This document shows positions 19,711 to 29,295 of a stretch of 64,000 nt of DNA, one piece after another. A model generated the notes under the pieces. It ran no database searches, was not told the origin of the DNA, and worked only from the letters and a program-made list of their open reading frames with translations. The stretch spans positions 257,551-321,550 of the forward strand of contig CAVZXA010000003.1 of the NCBI GenBank assembly GCA_963779175.1, read 5' to 3'. The DNA is from an uncultured Acidobacteriota bacterium. GTDB lineage: Bacteria > Acidobacteriota > Vicinamibacteria > Vicinamibacterales > UBA2999. The translations under genes and the position numbers were made by a program. Positions within the stretch are counted from its first letter, which is position 1, and every line of letters starts with the position of its first letter.

Positions 19711-21528
19711 TTACTTCGATGGCGCGGAGGCCGGCCGCCGCGCCCACGGCCACGGGCCGCCGTGCACGACGCGAATCAGCGCCGGCGCGGTGGCGCGCGT
19801 CGGCGTCGTCAGGTCGAAGACGTGCACGCGCGCGGTGCCGACGCGGGCTTCGGCAAGCGGCGCCCAGTCGAGGCGTCCGCGCACCTGTCCGGCGAAGCGT
19901 CGGCGCCAGGCGGCCTCTTCCCAGTCGTCGAGCACGACCCAGGCGGTGCGCCCCTGTGCAGCCAGCGCGGCCACGCGCTGGTCGAGCCCGTCGGCCGCGA
20001 GGTAGTCCCAGCGCGCCACCGTCTGCACGCCGGCGGCGGCCAACCCGCCGCTGTGCTGCACGCTCCACACGACCGTGCCTGTCGGCGCCTGCGCGCGCAC
20101 CCAGTCGGCGACGGCTGGATAGCGCTGGGCCCCGCGCCAAAGGTCGAAGACGCCGAAGTCCGCGGCAGTTCGTGCGGCGAATCCGGCGATGGCCAGAGTC
20201 ATCATCAACACGACGATGGGCGCCGCGTCGGTCGACCAGCGGGCAAGTCCGCGCCAGGCGACGAGCGCCGTGGCGGCGGCAAGGACGGGCCACGCCGGCA
20301 GATAGAAGCGGAGATACCACCATTCCGCGAACACGGCGTACGGCAGATAGCTGGCGACGATGCCGGCAACCAGCGCCAGCGCCGGCCACGCCCGGACCCG
20401 CGGCGCGGTGGCGGCGACGACGGCCACGCCGGGCAGGGCGGCGACCATCCACCACGCGCGCGTCTCCGCCGTCCACCGCCACAGGCTGGCGACGTTGGGC
20501 CACACGTTGGCGGCGAGGAAGAGATCGTCGGTGGCGCCGTAGCCCGAGGCAAACGGCGAACCCCAGAGTCGCAGGTTGATCCACGCGACAGCGGCGGCCG
20601 CCGCTGCCAGGGGCACCGCGAGCACGACGCCGCGGCGCGCGCGTGCCAGCACCGGACCACGACCGCTGACACAGGCCGCCGCCCACACGAACCCCGCGAC
20701 CAGCACCAGATTCGGCCGCACGGCGAGCGCAAGCCCGGCGCAGACAGCGGCGAGGGCGGTCGAACGCGACGACGCGCGTCCGAGTGCGACGACGGCCCCG
20801 GTCCACAGCGCCGCACCGAGCAGGTCGCTCATCGTCTGCGTCGAGGCGAAGAGCAGCGGCGGACTCGACGCCACCAGAAGCGCGGCGGCGAGGCCCACCG
20901 CCGGCGGGCCTTCGCGTCGGGTGAAGACGAACGTCAGCCATGCGAGCAGGCCGACCGCAAGCGGCGTCCACACGAAACGCCCGGGATCGCCGGCGACGGC
21001 GCCGCCAACCGCCATCAGCCACGGCAGTCCCGGTGCGTAGGTCGGGCCAAGCACGCCGGGCGTGACCGTCGGCGCAAAGCCGAGCGGCGCCACCTCCCAG
21101 CCGGCCAGCGGCCACGGCGATTCGCTGATTACCGGCGCGTCGAGTGTGCTGCGCCCGTCGGCCCAGAGCTGCGCCTGATGCAGATAGCCGCTCGAATCCG
21201 CGCCGGCCGCGGCGTGCTCGCCGAAGATGGCGGAGGTCAGCGCCAGTGCGACGGCGACCAGGGCCGCGCCCCACGGCGCCGCGCGGTCGAGGGCGTGGCC
21301 GGCGCTGGCCAGTGCCGCCCGGCGCTCGTCGGCGGTCGTGCGCCAGAGCGCCAGCAGGGCCAGCACGAGGGCGAGCACTCCGGGGCGCAGGGCCGATCGC
21401 GACGAGATGCGGAGCGGCCCGACGAGCAGCACGCCGCCGCCCGTCATCCAGGTGACCAGCGCCCAGAAGGCGAGCGCCGCCGCCAGCACGGCGAACACGC
21501 GGCGGACACGAACGGGCAGGGGCGGCAC
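19711..21528 (-). CDS. GT-C-fold (ArnT/PMT-like) integral membrane protein, second paralogue-type gene
   Basis: This is an intact 605-aa polytopic ORF (…GADSSGYLHQAQLWADGRSTL...YAPGLPWLMAVGG...LLVASSPPLLFASTQTMSDLLGAALW...). A soluble C-terminal domain follows (…TVVWSVQHSGGLAAAG...AWVVLDDWEEAAWRRRFAG). It lies 10 nt upstream of the previous gene. Confidence 0.7.
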   Translation of the reverse strand: MPPLPVRVRRVFAVLAAALAFWALVTWMTGGGVLLVGPLRISSRSALRPGVLALVLALLALWRTTADERRAALASAGHALDRAAPWGAALVAVALALTSAIFGEHAAAGADSSGYLHQAQLWADGRSTLDAPVISESPWPLAGWEVAPLGFAPTVTPGVLGPTYAPGLPWLMAVGGAVAGDPGRFVWTPLAVGLLAWLTFVFTRREGPPAVGLAAALLVASSPPLLFASTQTMSDLLGAALWTGAVVALGRASSRSTALAAVCAGLALAVRPNLVLVAGFVWAAACVSGRGPVLARARRGVVLAVPLAAAAAAVAWINLRLWGSPFASGYGATDDLFLAANVWPNVASLWRWTAETRAWWMVAALPGVAVVAATAPRVRAWPALALVAGIVASYLPYAVFAEWWYLRFYLPAWPVLAAATALVAWRGLARWSTDAAPIVVLMMTLAIAGFAARTAADFGVFDLWRGAQRYPAVADWVRAQAPTGTVVWSVQHSGGLAAAGVQTVARWDYLAADGLDQRVAALAAQGRTAWVVLDDWEEAAWRRRFAGQVRGRLDWAPLAEARVGTARVHVFDLTTPTRATAPALIRVVHGGPWPWARRPASAPSK

Positions 21529-21617
21529 AGCGAGGGGGGCTTGGCGCGGTGTCGCGCGTGGTCCAGAATACCCGCGAATCGCCGCGCGCGCCGCCGCGGC
21601 CTCGAGGGACTGGAGCC

Positions 21618-23184
21618 ATGCGACTTGCGCTGGCCGCGCTCTGCGCGGTGCTTGCCGGCACGCTCACGCTGACCGCACAGTCGCCCGCGATCGACGCGGC
21701 GTGGCAGGCCTACTGGCGCGCCGACAGTCCGAAAACCGCGTCTGGCGCCGCCGCGACCCTCGTGAAGGCCGGTGTCAGCTTCGATGACGCCTGGTCGCGG
21801 CTGCGACGGGGGCGCACCTACGGCAAGGCGCAACCCGGAGAGCGCAGCCTGCGCGCCACCGCGCCGAGCGGCGCGGCCTACGACAACGTCGTCGACATCC
21901 CGGCCGAATACGACCCGGCGCGCGCCTGGCCGGTGCGCGTGCAGTTGCACGGCGGCATCATGCGGCAGAACCCGGAGGAGGGCCGGCGCCGGCGCGGCAA
22001 CCGCCTCCCGGGGGAACCGCAAATCGTCATCCAGCCGTTCGGCTGGAACGAGGCGGCGTGGTGGCATGCGCCGCAGGTCGAGAACATCCTGTCGCTGGTC
22101 GATCGCGTGAAGCGCCAGTACAACGTGGACGAGTCGCGCCTCTATCTGACGGGCACCTCCGATGGCGGCACCGGCACCTATTACCTGGCGATGCGCGAGC
22201 CGACGCCGTGGTCGTCATACCTGCCGCTCATCGGCCACCTTGGCGTGCTGTCGAATCCCTCCACCGGCGCCGACGGCGAGCTGTTCGTCTCGAATCTGGT
22301 GAACAAGCCGTTCTTCGTCGTGAACGGGATGAACGACCCGCTGTACCCCGCGGCCCGCGTCGCCCCGTACCTGGAGGCGTTGCAGACGGCCGGCGTGTCG
22401 CTGGTCTTCCGTCCGCAGGCTGAGCGGCGGCCACGACACCAGCTGGTGGGAGGCGGAGCGCGATCTCTACGAGCGGTTCGTGCACGACCATCCACGGGTG
22501 GCGCAGCCGGCGCTCCTGTCGTGGGAGAGCGAGCGCACCGACCGCTACAACCGCGTCCACTGGCTCGTCATCGACGCCCTCGGCGCGCGGCCGAGTGACG
22601 TGGCGCTGGCCGACACCAACACGGTGACCGAGCGTCGCGAGCCCGACTTCGGCGTGCGGGGTGATGCGAAGAAGGACAAGGGCACGCGGGTCGTCGAGGT
22701 CGTGGCCGGCACTGACGCGGCCACGATGGGCATCCGGCCCGGCGATCGGATCCTCGACATCGATGGACGACCGGTGGCCGACATGCAGGCCATCATGGCG
22801 GCGTTCGCGCAGAACACCGGCCCGCGCATCGCGTTGGTCGTCCAGCGCGGCAGCGAACGGCTATCGCTCAGCGGCCCGTTTCCGCCGTCGCCCGGCTCGG
22901 GCGCTGAACGCCGGATCTTTGCCCGCCGTCAGCCGTCGGGCCGCGTCGACGTGGTGCGCCGCGGCAACACCTTCGAGGCGCGCACGCGCGGGGTGACCGC
23001 GTTCACGCTGCTGCTCTCACCGGACGTGGTGGACTTCGCGCGGCCGGTGGTCGTGACGGTGAATGGCCGGCCCGTGCACGACGCCGTGGTACCGCGTGAC
23101 GTGGCCACTCTCATGACCTGGGCGGCGCGCGACAACGACCGGACGATGCTCTTCGGCGCGGCCCTGCCGGTGGTCGTGCCATGA
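21618..23184 (+). pseudogene. Secreted alpha/beta-hydrolase (esterase/depolymerase-like) with a C-terminal PDZ domain, one frame break near 22425
   Basis: It has the signal peptide MRLALAALCAVLAGTLTLTAQS and the nucleophile elbow LTGTSDGGTG (GxSxG). The downstream frame (ORF 22480-23184) continues with GGHDTSWWEAERDLYERFVHDHPRV and a PDZ-like block VVEVVAGTDAATMGIRPGDRILDIDGRPV. Confidence 0.75.
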
Positions 23185-23210
23185 TGTGCCGCCCCTCTCA
23201 AGGAGACCGT

Positions 23211-24008
23211 ATGCGCAGCGAACGCCGGTGGCAGTGGTGCACGCTCGGCTTGGTGGCGGCGGTGCTGGTAGTCGGGGCGGCGCAGGGTGGCGCGCAGACG
23301 GCGCTGCGGCTGCGCGGCCAGGCGCTGGCGGCGTCGGGCAGCGGCGTGCCGGCGTCGATTGAGCTCGAAGCCGTCTACGGCTTCCGTGGCCTCGATTTCG
23401 TCGGCCAGAAGACGTTTGCGACCCGATCGAACGACAAAGGGCAGTGGTCGGTGCTCGGTGTCACCTCCGGCGCCTGGGTATTTGCGGCGCACGCGCCAGC
23501 CTACCTGCCGCAGGTGGTGCTGCTGCCCGTGCAGTTCACGCAGAGGAACCCGGCCAGCGCCACCGGCGGACAGCTGCCGTGGGAAGTCGGCTTCGATCTG
23601 ACGTCGCGCGACGCCCATCCGGCGCTCAGCGCCGCGGCCGATGCCGCGCTGGCGGGCAGGCGCGGCGAGGTGGCCGCGCACCTGGCCGCGGTGTTCGAGA
23701 CCGGCGAGGCCGAGACGCTGGTCGCTGCCGGCGAGATCGCCCTGTATGCCCGCGACGCCGGCCTGGCGCGGGCGCTCTTCGACCGTGCGCTCGCCAAGGC
23801 GCCTACGAACGGTCGGGCGCGCCTGGGTCTGGCGTCGGCGGCGATGCTCCTGGGCGCGTGGGACCGGGCGTCGAAGGAGCTGTGGTCCGCCCGCGAGGCG
23901 GGCGTCTCGCCCAAGCTCTCTCGCGCCGTCGGCGCGGCGATCGCCGAACTGCAGCGGATCGCCGTGCCGCAGGACGGCAACTTCGCCTGTCCCGGCCCCG
24001 GCTGCTAG
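23211..24008 (+). CDS. Hypothetical secreted protein (carboxypeptidase-regulatory-like N-domain plus TPR-like helical C-domain)
   Basis: The likely start is MRSERRWQWCTLGLVAAVLVVGAAQGGAQ. It contains a beta-rich segment (KGQWSVLGVTSGAWVFAAHAPAYLPQVV) followed by a helical Ala-rich repeat region. The stop codon TAG at 24006-24008 sits exactly at the edge of MITE copy 2. Confidence 0.55.
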   Translation: MRSERRWQWCTLGLVAAVLVVGAAQGGAQTALRLRGQALAASGSGVPASIELEAVYGFRGLDFVGQKTFATRSNDKGQWSVLGVTSGAWVFAAHAPAYLPQVVLLPVQFTQRNPASATGGQLPWEVGFDLTSRDAHPALSAAADAALAGRRGEVAAHLAAVFETGEAETLVAAGEIALYARDAGLARALFDRALAKAPTNGRARLGLASAAMLLGAWDRASKELWSAREAGVSPKLSRAVGAAIAELQRIAVPQDGNFACPGPGC

Positions 24009-24166
24009 TGTCCCGGAGCCGAAGTTCGCTGACATGCTCCGGGCGGGGCATCCCGCCTCGCGGCGTTGCTCCTCCCTCGAATATTCTCGATATTCTCGGT
24101 CGTCGCGCCTGGCGATCCGGGCGCCGCGCCCGGATCATTTGTCACCGAACTTCGGCTCCGGGACAC
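24008..24166. mobile_element. MITE-like non-autonomous element, copy 2 (159 bp)
   Basis: The ends are gtgtcccggagccgaagttcgctgaca ... tgtcaccgaacttcggctccgggacac. The interior matches copy 1 (…catgctccgggcggggcatcccgc…ctcgaatattctcgatattctcggtcgtcgcgcctggcgatccgggcgccgcgcccggatcattt) but lacks the 42-bp segment. Confidence 0.8.
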
Positions 24167-24180
24167 CAACCGCGTACCGC

Positions 24181-24405
24181 CTACCGGCGGCGCAGCAGCA
24201 CCGCCGCCAGCGCCGCCAGGCCGCCGGCCAGCACCACGCCGCGCAGCACCCGGAAGAGGCTGAGCACCCAGGCGATTCCGAGACCGAGCGCCGGCCACTG
24301 CACCCACCAGTGGCCGGGTGAGGTCAGCAGGTTGATCACGAACAGGAACGCCAGGATGAGCGGCGCTTTCACGAGGAACTTCGCGGCCCGGAGCGTGTGC
24401 GTCAC
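24181..24405 (-). CDS. Small 2TM-domain membrane protein
   Basis: This is a 74-aa ORF with two hydrophobic helices: KAPLILAFLFVINLLTSPGHWWVQWPALGLGIAWVLSLF. Confidence 0.6.
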   Translation of the reverse strand: MTHTLRAAKFLVKAPLILAFLFVINLLTSPGHWWVQWPALGLGIAWVLSLFRVLRGVVLAGGLAALAAVLLRRR

Positions 24406-24537
24406 GGCTGGATTCTCCTACAGGAGATAACGCACGCCGCGGCCGGGGGTTCGCGCGCCCGGCGCCACCGGGGCTCCCGCCGATCCGACCGGCGCCTTTC
24501 CGGCGCCGAACGGATGGCAGAGACGACGTCCCGGGTG

Positions 24538-25162
24538 CTACCCCTTCAGCCGGTCGCCGAAGTACTTCTGCAGCTTGTCCACCTTGGGGGCGGCCACCGC
24601 CGCCACGTAGGGCTGGTGGGGGTTCCGCGCCGCGTAGTTCTGGTGGTAGGCCTCGGCAGGGTAGAAGGGCGCCGCCGGCTCGATGGTGGTGGCTATCGGC
24701 GCGGCGAACACCTTGGCGGCCGTCAGTTGCGCGACGTAGGCCTCGGCGACGGCGCGTTGCTCGGCGTCGACCGGGAAGATGGCCGAGCGGGTACTGGGTG
24801 CCGCGGTCGTTGCCCTGACGATTGAGCTGCGTCGGGTCGTGCGCGACGGCGAAGAACACTCGCAGCAACTGGCCGAACGAGATGACGTCGGGGGCGAAGG
24901 TGACGCGGATGGCTTCCGCATGGCCGGTCGTGCCCGAGCAGACCGCTTCGTAGTTGGCGGTCTCCGCGGCGCCGCCGATATAGCCGGAGACCACCGATGC
25001 CACCCCGTCGAGGGGCAGGATCACCGCTTCGGTGCACCAGAAGCAGCCGCCGGCCAGCACGGCCACCTGCGGCGCGGCCGACCCGGAGGCCACGTCGCGG
25101 TCGGGCGAGGGGAAGTTCGCGAGGTCTGCCACTCCGCCACCGAACAGGCTCGATATCTGCAT
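24538..25162 (-). pseudogene. msrA: Peptide-methionine (S)-S-oxide reductase MsrA, one frame break near 24790
   Basis: The N-terminal part MQISSLFGGG...AVLAGGCFWCTEAVILPLDGVASVVSGYIGG...GHAEAIRVTFAPDVISFGQLLRVFFAVAHDPTQLNRQGNDRGTQY lies in the frame of ORF 24005-25324. The C-terminal part ...RSAIFPVDAEQRAVAEAYV...PAEAYHQNYAARNPHQPY lies in ORF 24538-24921. Confidence 0.88.
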
Positions 25163-25351
25163 ACCAGTCACCACCCACAGGTTTGACGCCGGAGGCGTGC
25201 CGCGGTTCCCGAAACGACACATGACACTCGGAGACATCCCCAGACTACAAATGGCGTCCATCCGCCCGAGGGATTGCTGATTCGGCCGTATACTCAGCGT
25301 GTGTTGGTGTCTGGAATCAGACACTTAGCGCAGGTTGTGCCAGGTGCGCCC

Positions 25352-27843
25352 ATGAAACAGTTCGCGTTCGCCATCGCGATCACGTCCGTCGTCGGGGCCG
25401 GGCTCGCGGTCGCCGCCTTCGAGGGGCAGACGCCGCCGGCCTCGCCCACGCCGGCCGTCAGGTCCACGCCGCCGGCGCCCGCCGCCACGGCCCGTCGCTC
25501 CGCGCCGGTTGCCGCGCCGTCACATGCGTCCGGGCTGTCGGCCGTGTCGCAGACCGAACTCATCACGCAGTACTGCGGCACCTGCCACAGCGAACGCGGT
25601 AGGGCCGGCGGTCTGTCGCTTGCCAACTTCAACGCCATGAAGGCGCACGAGCAGCCCGAGACGGTCGAGAAGATGATCCGCAAGCTGCGCGCCGGCATGA
25701 TGCCGCCCGCCGGATCGAAGCGGCCGGATGCGGCCACCATCGAGGCCCTCACCCTGGCGCTCGAATCGCGGATGGACGAGGTGGCCGGGGTCAATCCGAA
25801 CCCGGGCTGGCGGCCGTTCCAGCGCCTGAATCGCGCCGAATACACCACGGCGGTGAAAGACCTGCTCGGCATCGACGTCGACGTCAGCGCGTTCCTGCCG
25901 GCCGACACCATCAGCGACGGCTTCGACAACGTGGCCGACGCCCAGGGCTTCTCGCCGACGCTGATGGAAGGCTATCTGCGCGCGGCCGGCCGCATCACCC
26001 AGCTGGCGCTCGGCGAGCCGACGGCGGCGCCGACCGAAGCCACCTACAAGGTGCCGCGCACGCAGTCGCAGATGGTGCACATCGAAGGCGCGCCGCTCGG
26101 CACCCGCGGCGGCGTCTCGCTGGTGCACGTGTTCCCGGCCGACGGCGACTACAGCTTCCGCGTGATGCTGCACTCGATTCCCACCGGCGAGCTCTACGGC
26201 AGCACCACCAAAGGCGAGCAGATCGAGATCTCGATCAACGGCGAGCGCGTGGCGGTGATGGACATCAACCCGCGATGAGCGAACGCGACCCCAACGGCAT
26301 GAACCTGGCGACGCCGCGGGTGCACGTCAAGGCCGGCCCGCAGCGCGTCTCGGCCGCGTTCCTGCGGCGCTTCGAGGCGCCGGTGGACGACCTGCTGGCG
26401 CCGCTCGATTACACGCTGGCCGACTCGCAGATCGGCAGCGGCTTCGGCGTCACCACCCTGCCGCACGTGCGCGACTTCAGCGTCAGCGGCCCGTTCGACG
26501 TCACCGGCGTTTCCGAGACCGTGAGCCGCAGGAAGGTCTTCACGTGCCGGCCGACCACGCTGGCCGAAGAAGTGCCGTGCGCGACCGAGATCCTGAAGCG
26601 GATGGCGTCGCAGGCGTACCGCGAGCCGGTCTCGACCGCCGATGTGCAGGGGCTGGTGGCGTTCTACGAGAAGGGCCGCAAGGGCGCGGACTTCGAGGCC
26701 GGCATCCAGATGGCGCTCAGGCCCTGCTGGCCAGCCCGCGCTTCCTGTTCCGTCTCGAGCAGCCGCCGGCGACCGCCCGGGTGGGGCAGACCTTCCAGGT
26801 CGCGGAACTCGATCTGGCGTCGCGCCTGTCGTTCTTCCTCTGGGGCACCGGGCCCGACGAGGAGCTCATCACGGCGGCGACCTCCGGCACCCTGCAAGAC
26901 CCCGGCCGGGATCGACAGGCAGGTGCGGCGGATGCTGGCCGACCCGCGCTCGGAGGCGCTGGCGACCCGCTTCGCTCGCAGTGGCTGCGCCTGCAGGACG
27001 TCGAGAAGATTCGCCCGGATGCGCTGCTCTATCCCAACTGGGACCACACGCTGGCCGAGACCCTCGTGCGCGAGACCGAGCTGTTCTTCGACAGCCTCGT
27101 CCGCGACGACCGCAGCATCCTCGACCTGCTGCGCGCCGACTACACCTTCGTGAACGAGCGCGTGGCGCGGCACTACGGCATCCCGAACGTGATGGGGGCC
27201 GAGTTCCGCCGCGTGCCGACGCCGGCGGGCCGCCGCGGCGTGCTCGGCCAGGGCAGCGTCCTGCTGCTGACCTCGGTGGCCGACCGCACCTCGCCGGTGC
27301 AGCGCGGCAAGTGGGTGATGGAAGTGCTGCTCGGCTCGCCGCCGCCGGCGCCGCCGCCCAACGTGCCGGCGCTCGAAGAGACCGGGGGCGCCAAGGGCGG
27401 CACGCCTGCTGTCGACGCGCGAGCGCATGGAACAGCACCGCGCGAACCCGGCATGCAAGTCGTGCCACAGGGTGATCGATCCGCTCGGCCTCGCGCTCGA
27501 GAACTTCGACGTCACCGGCGCCTGGCGCATCAAGGACAACGAAGTGCCGGTCGACGCGGTCGGCGACCTCTACGACGGCACGAAGATGAACGGCCCGATC
27601 GGGCTCGCGCGACGCGCTGCTGAAGCACAAGGACGTGTTCCTTCTGAGCTTCACCGAGAGCCTGATGACCTACGCGCCTCGGCCGCCGGATCGAGTCGTT
27701 CGACATGCCGGCGGTGCGCAAGATCATCCGCGACGCCGGCCGACAGGACACATCGCATCTCGGCGTTCGTGCTCGGCGTGGTGAACAGCCCGGCGTTCCG
27801 GATGAGCCGCGTCGAAGGCACGGACACGACAACGCGTCAGTAG
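25352..27843 (+). pseudogene. Module A: DUF1592/DUF1588/DUF1595 (PSD/PSCyt) family putative di-heme c-type protein, heavily frame-disrupted (>=8 breaks)
   Basis: It has the signal-like N-terminus MKQFAFAIAITSVVGAGLAVAAF and two CxxCH motifs: CGTCH at 25574-25588 and CKSCH at 27454-27468. It is collinear with intact copies C and D across ORFs 25274-26278, 26275-27153, 26544-27623 and 27427-27843. The first break is a missing g in ...aacccgcg|atgagc at about 26270, where copy D reads aacccgcggatggac. Confidence 0.8.
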
Positions 27844-27869
27844 GCGCAGTCAACGAAAGCCAGCATCTG

Positions 27870-29280
27870 ATGTTCATCACCCAGAAGCACCTCTCGCGCC
27901 GCACGGCTCTCAAGGGCCTCGGCGTCACCATGGCGCTGCCGCTCCTGGAGGCGATGGTGCCGGCGCGCACCGCGCTGGCGCAGACGGCTGCCGGCGGCAA
28001 GGTCCGCCTGGCCGCCATCGAGATGGTGCACGGCTCGGCCGGCGCCACCGTTCGGCCTGCAGAAGAACATGTGGTCGCCGGCGGCCGTCGGCACGCGACT
28101 TCGACCTGACGCCGACGCAGCCTGGCGCCGCTCGAGCCCTTCCGCGACGCCCTGACGATCGTCAGCAACACCGACGTCCGCAACGCCGAGGCGTTCGAGC
28201 TGCCGGAAATCGGCGGCGACCACTTCCGCTCGAGCGCGGTGTTCCTGACGCAGAGCGCATCCGAAGCAGACGCAGGGCTCGCGACGTGCTCGCCGGCACC
28301 TCGCTCGATCAGTTCTACGCGCAGAAGTTCGGCCAGGACACGCCGATTCCGTCGATGCAGCTGTGCATCGAGAACGTCGACCAGGCCGGCGGCTGCGCCT
28401 ACGGCTACTCCTGCGTCTACACCGACACGATCAGCTGGGCCTCGCCCAAAGAGCCGCTGCCGATGATTCGCGACCCGCGCGCCGCCTTCGATCAGCTGTT
28501 CGGCGTCGGCGCTACGCCGGCCGAGCGCGCCACCCGGCGCAGCGCGACAAGAGCATCCTCGACTTCATCACCGGCGAGGTCGCGCGGCTGCGCAAGGACC
28601 TCGGCCCGGCCGACCAGGCCCGCCTCGGCGAGTACCTCGACGACGTCCGCGAGATCGAGCGCCGCATCCAGAAGGTCGAAGCGTCGAACTCGAGCGGCGA
28701 GCCGCGCGAGCTGCCCGGCGCGCCGGTGGGCGTGCCCGACGCGTTCGACGAGCACGTCAAGCTGATGTTCGACCTGCAGGCGCTGGCGTTCGCCTCCGAC
28801 ATCACCCGCGTGTTCTCGTTCAAGATGGGCCGCGACGGCTCGAGCCGCGTCTATCCGGAAAGCGGCGTCAACGCCGGCTTCCACCCGGCGTCGCACCATC
28901 AGGACCGCGAAGAGCGCATCCGCGACTTCGCGAAGATCAACACGCTACCACGTCGCGCATGCTGCCGTACTTCCTCGACAAGCTGAAGAACACGCCCGAC
29001 GGCGAGCAGCACCCTGCTCGACAACACGCTGATCATCTACGGCTCGCCGATGGGCAACTCGAACGTGCACAACCACAAGCGCTGCCCGCTGTTCTTCGCC
29101 GGCCACGCCGGCGGCGCGCTGAAGGGCGGCCTGCACATCAAGGCCGCCGACGGCACGCCGATGGCGAACGCGATGCTCGGCGCCATGCACCTGCTCGGGC
29201 TGTCCGACGTGAAGACGTTCGGCGACAGCACGGGCGTGACGGATCTGAACGCGGCGCCCGAGGCGACCGCGGCCTTCTAG
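27870..29280 (+). pseudogene. Module A: Tat-signal DUF1552 (HxxSHH) family protein, frame-disrupted (>=6 breaks)
   Basis: The N-terminus is MFITQKHLSRRTALKGLGVTMALPLLEAMVP. Later pieces lie in ORFs 28286-28765, 28363-28986 (which contains FHPASHHQDRE) and 29050-29280 (MGNSNVHNHKRCPLFFAGHAGG). All are collinear with copy D. Confidence 0.8.
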
Positions 29281-29295
29281 CTCGGAGACACGGCG

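Noticed and set aside
25274-25294. Sigma-70-like promoter TTGCTG ... TATACT upstream of the array
   Set aside because: The spacer between the two hexamers is only 9 nt, where about 17 nt is expected. The TATACT may still be a -10 element, but the pair is not a valid promoter.
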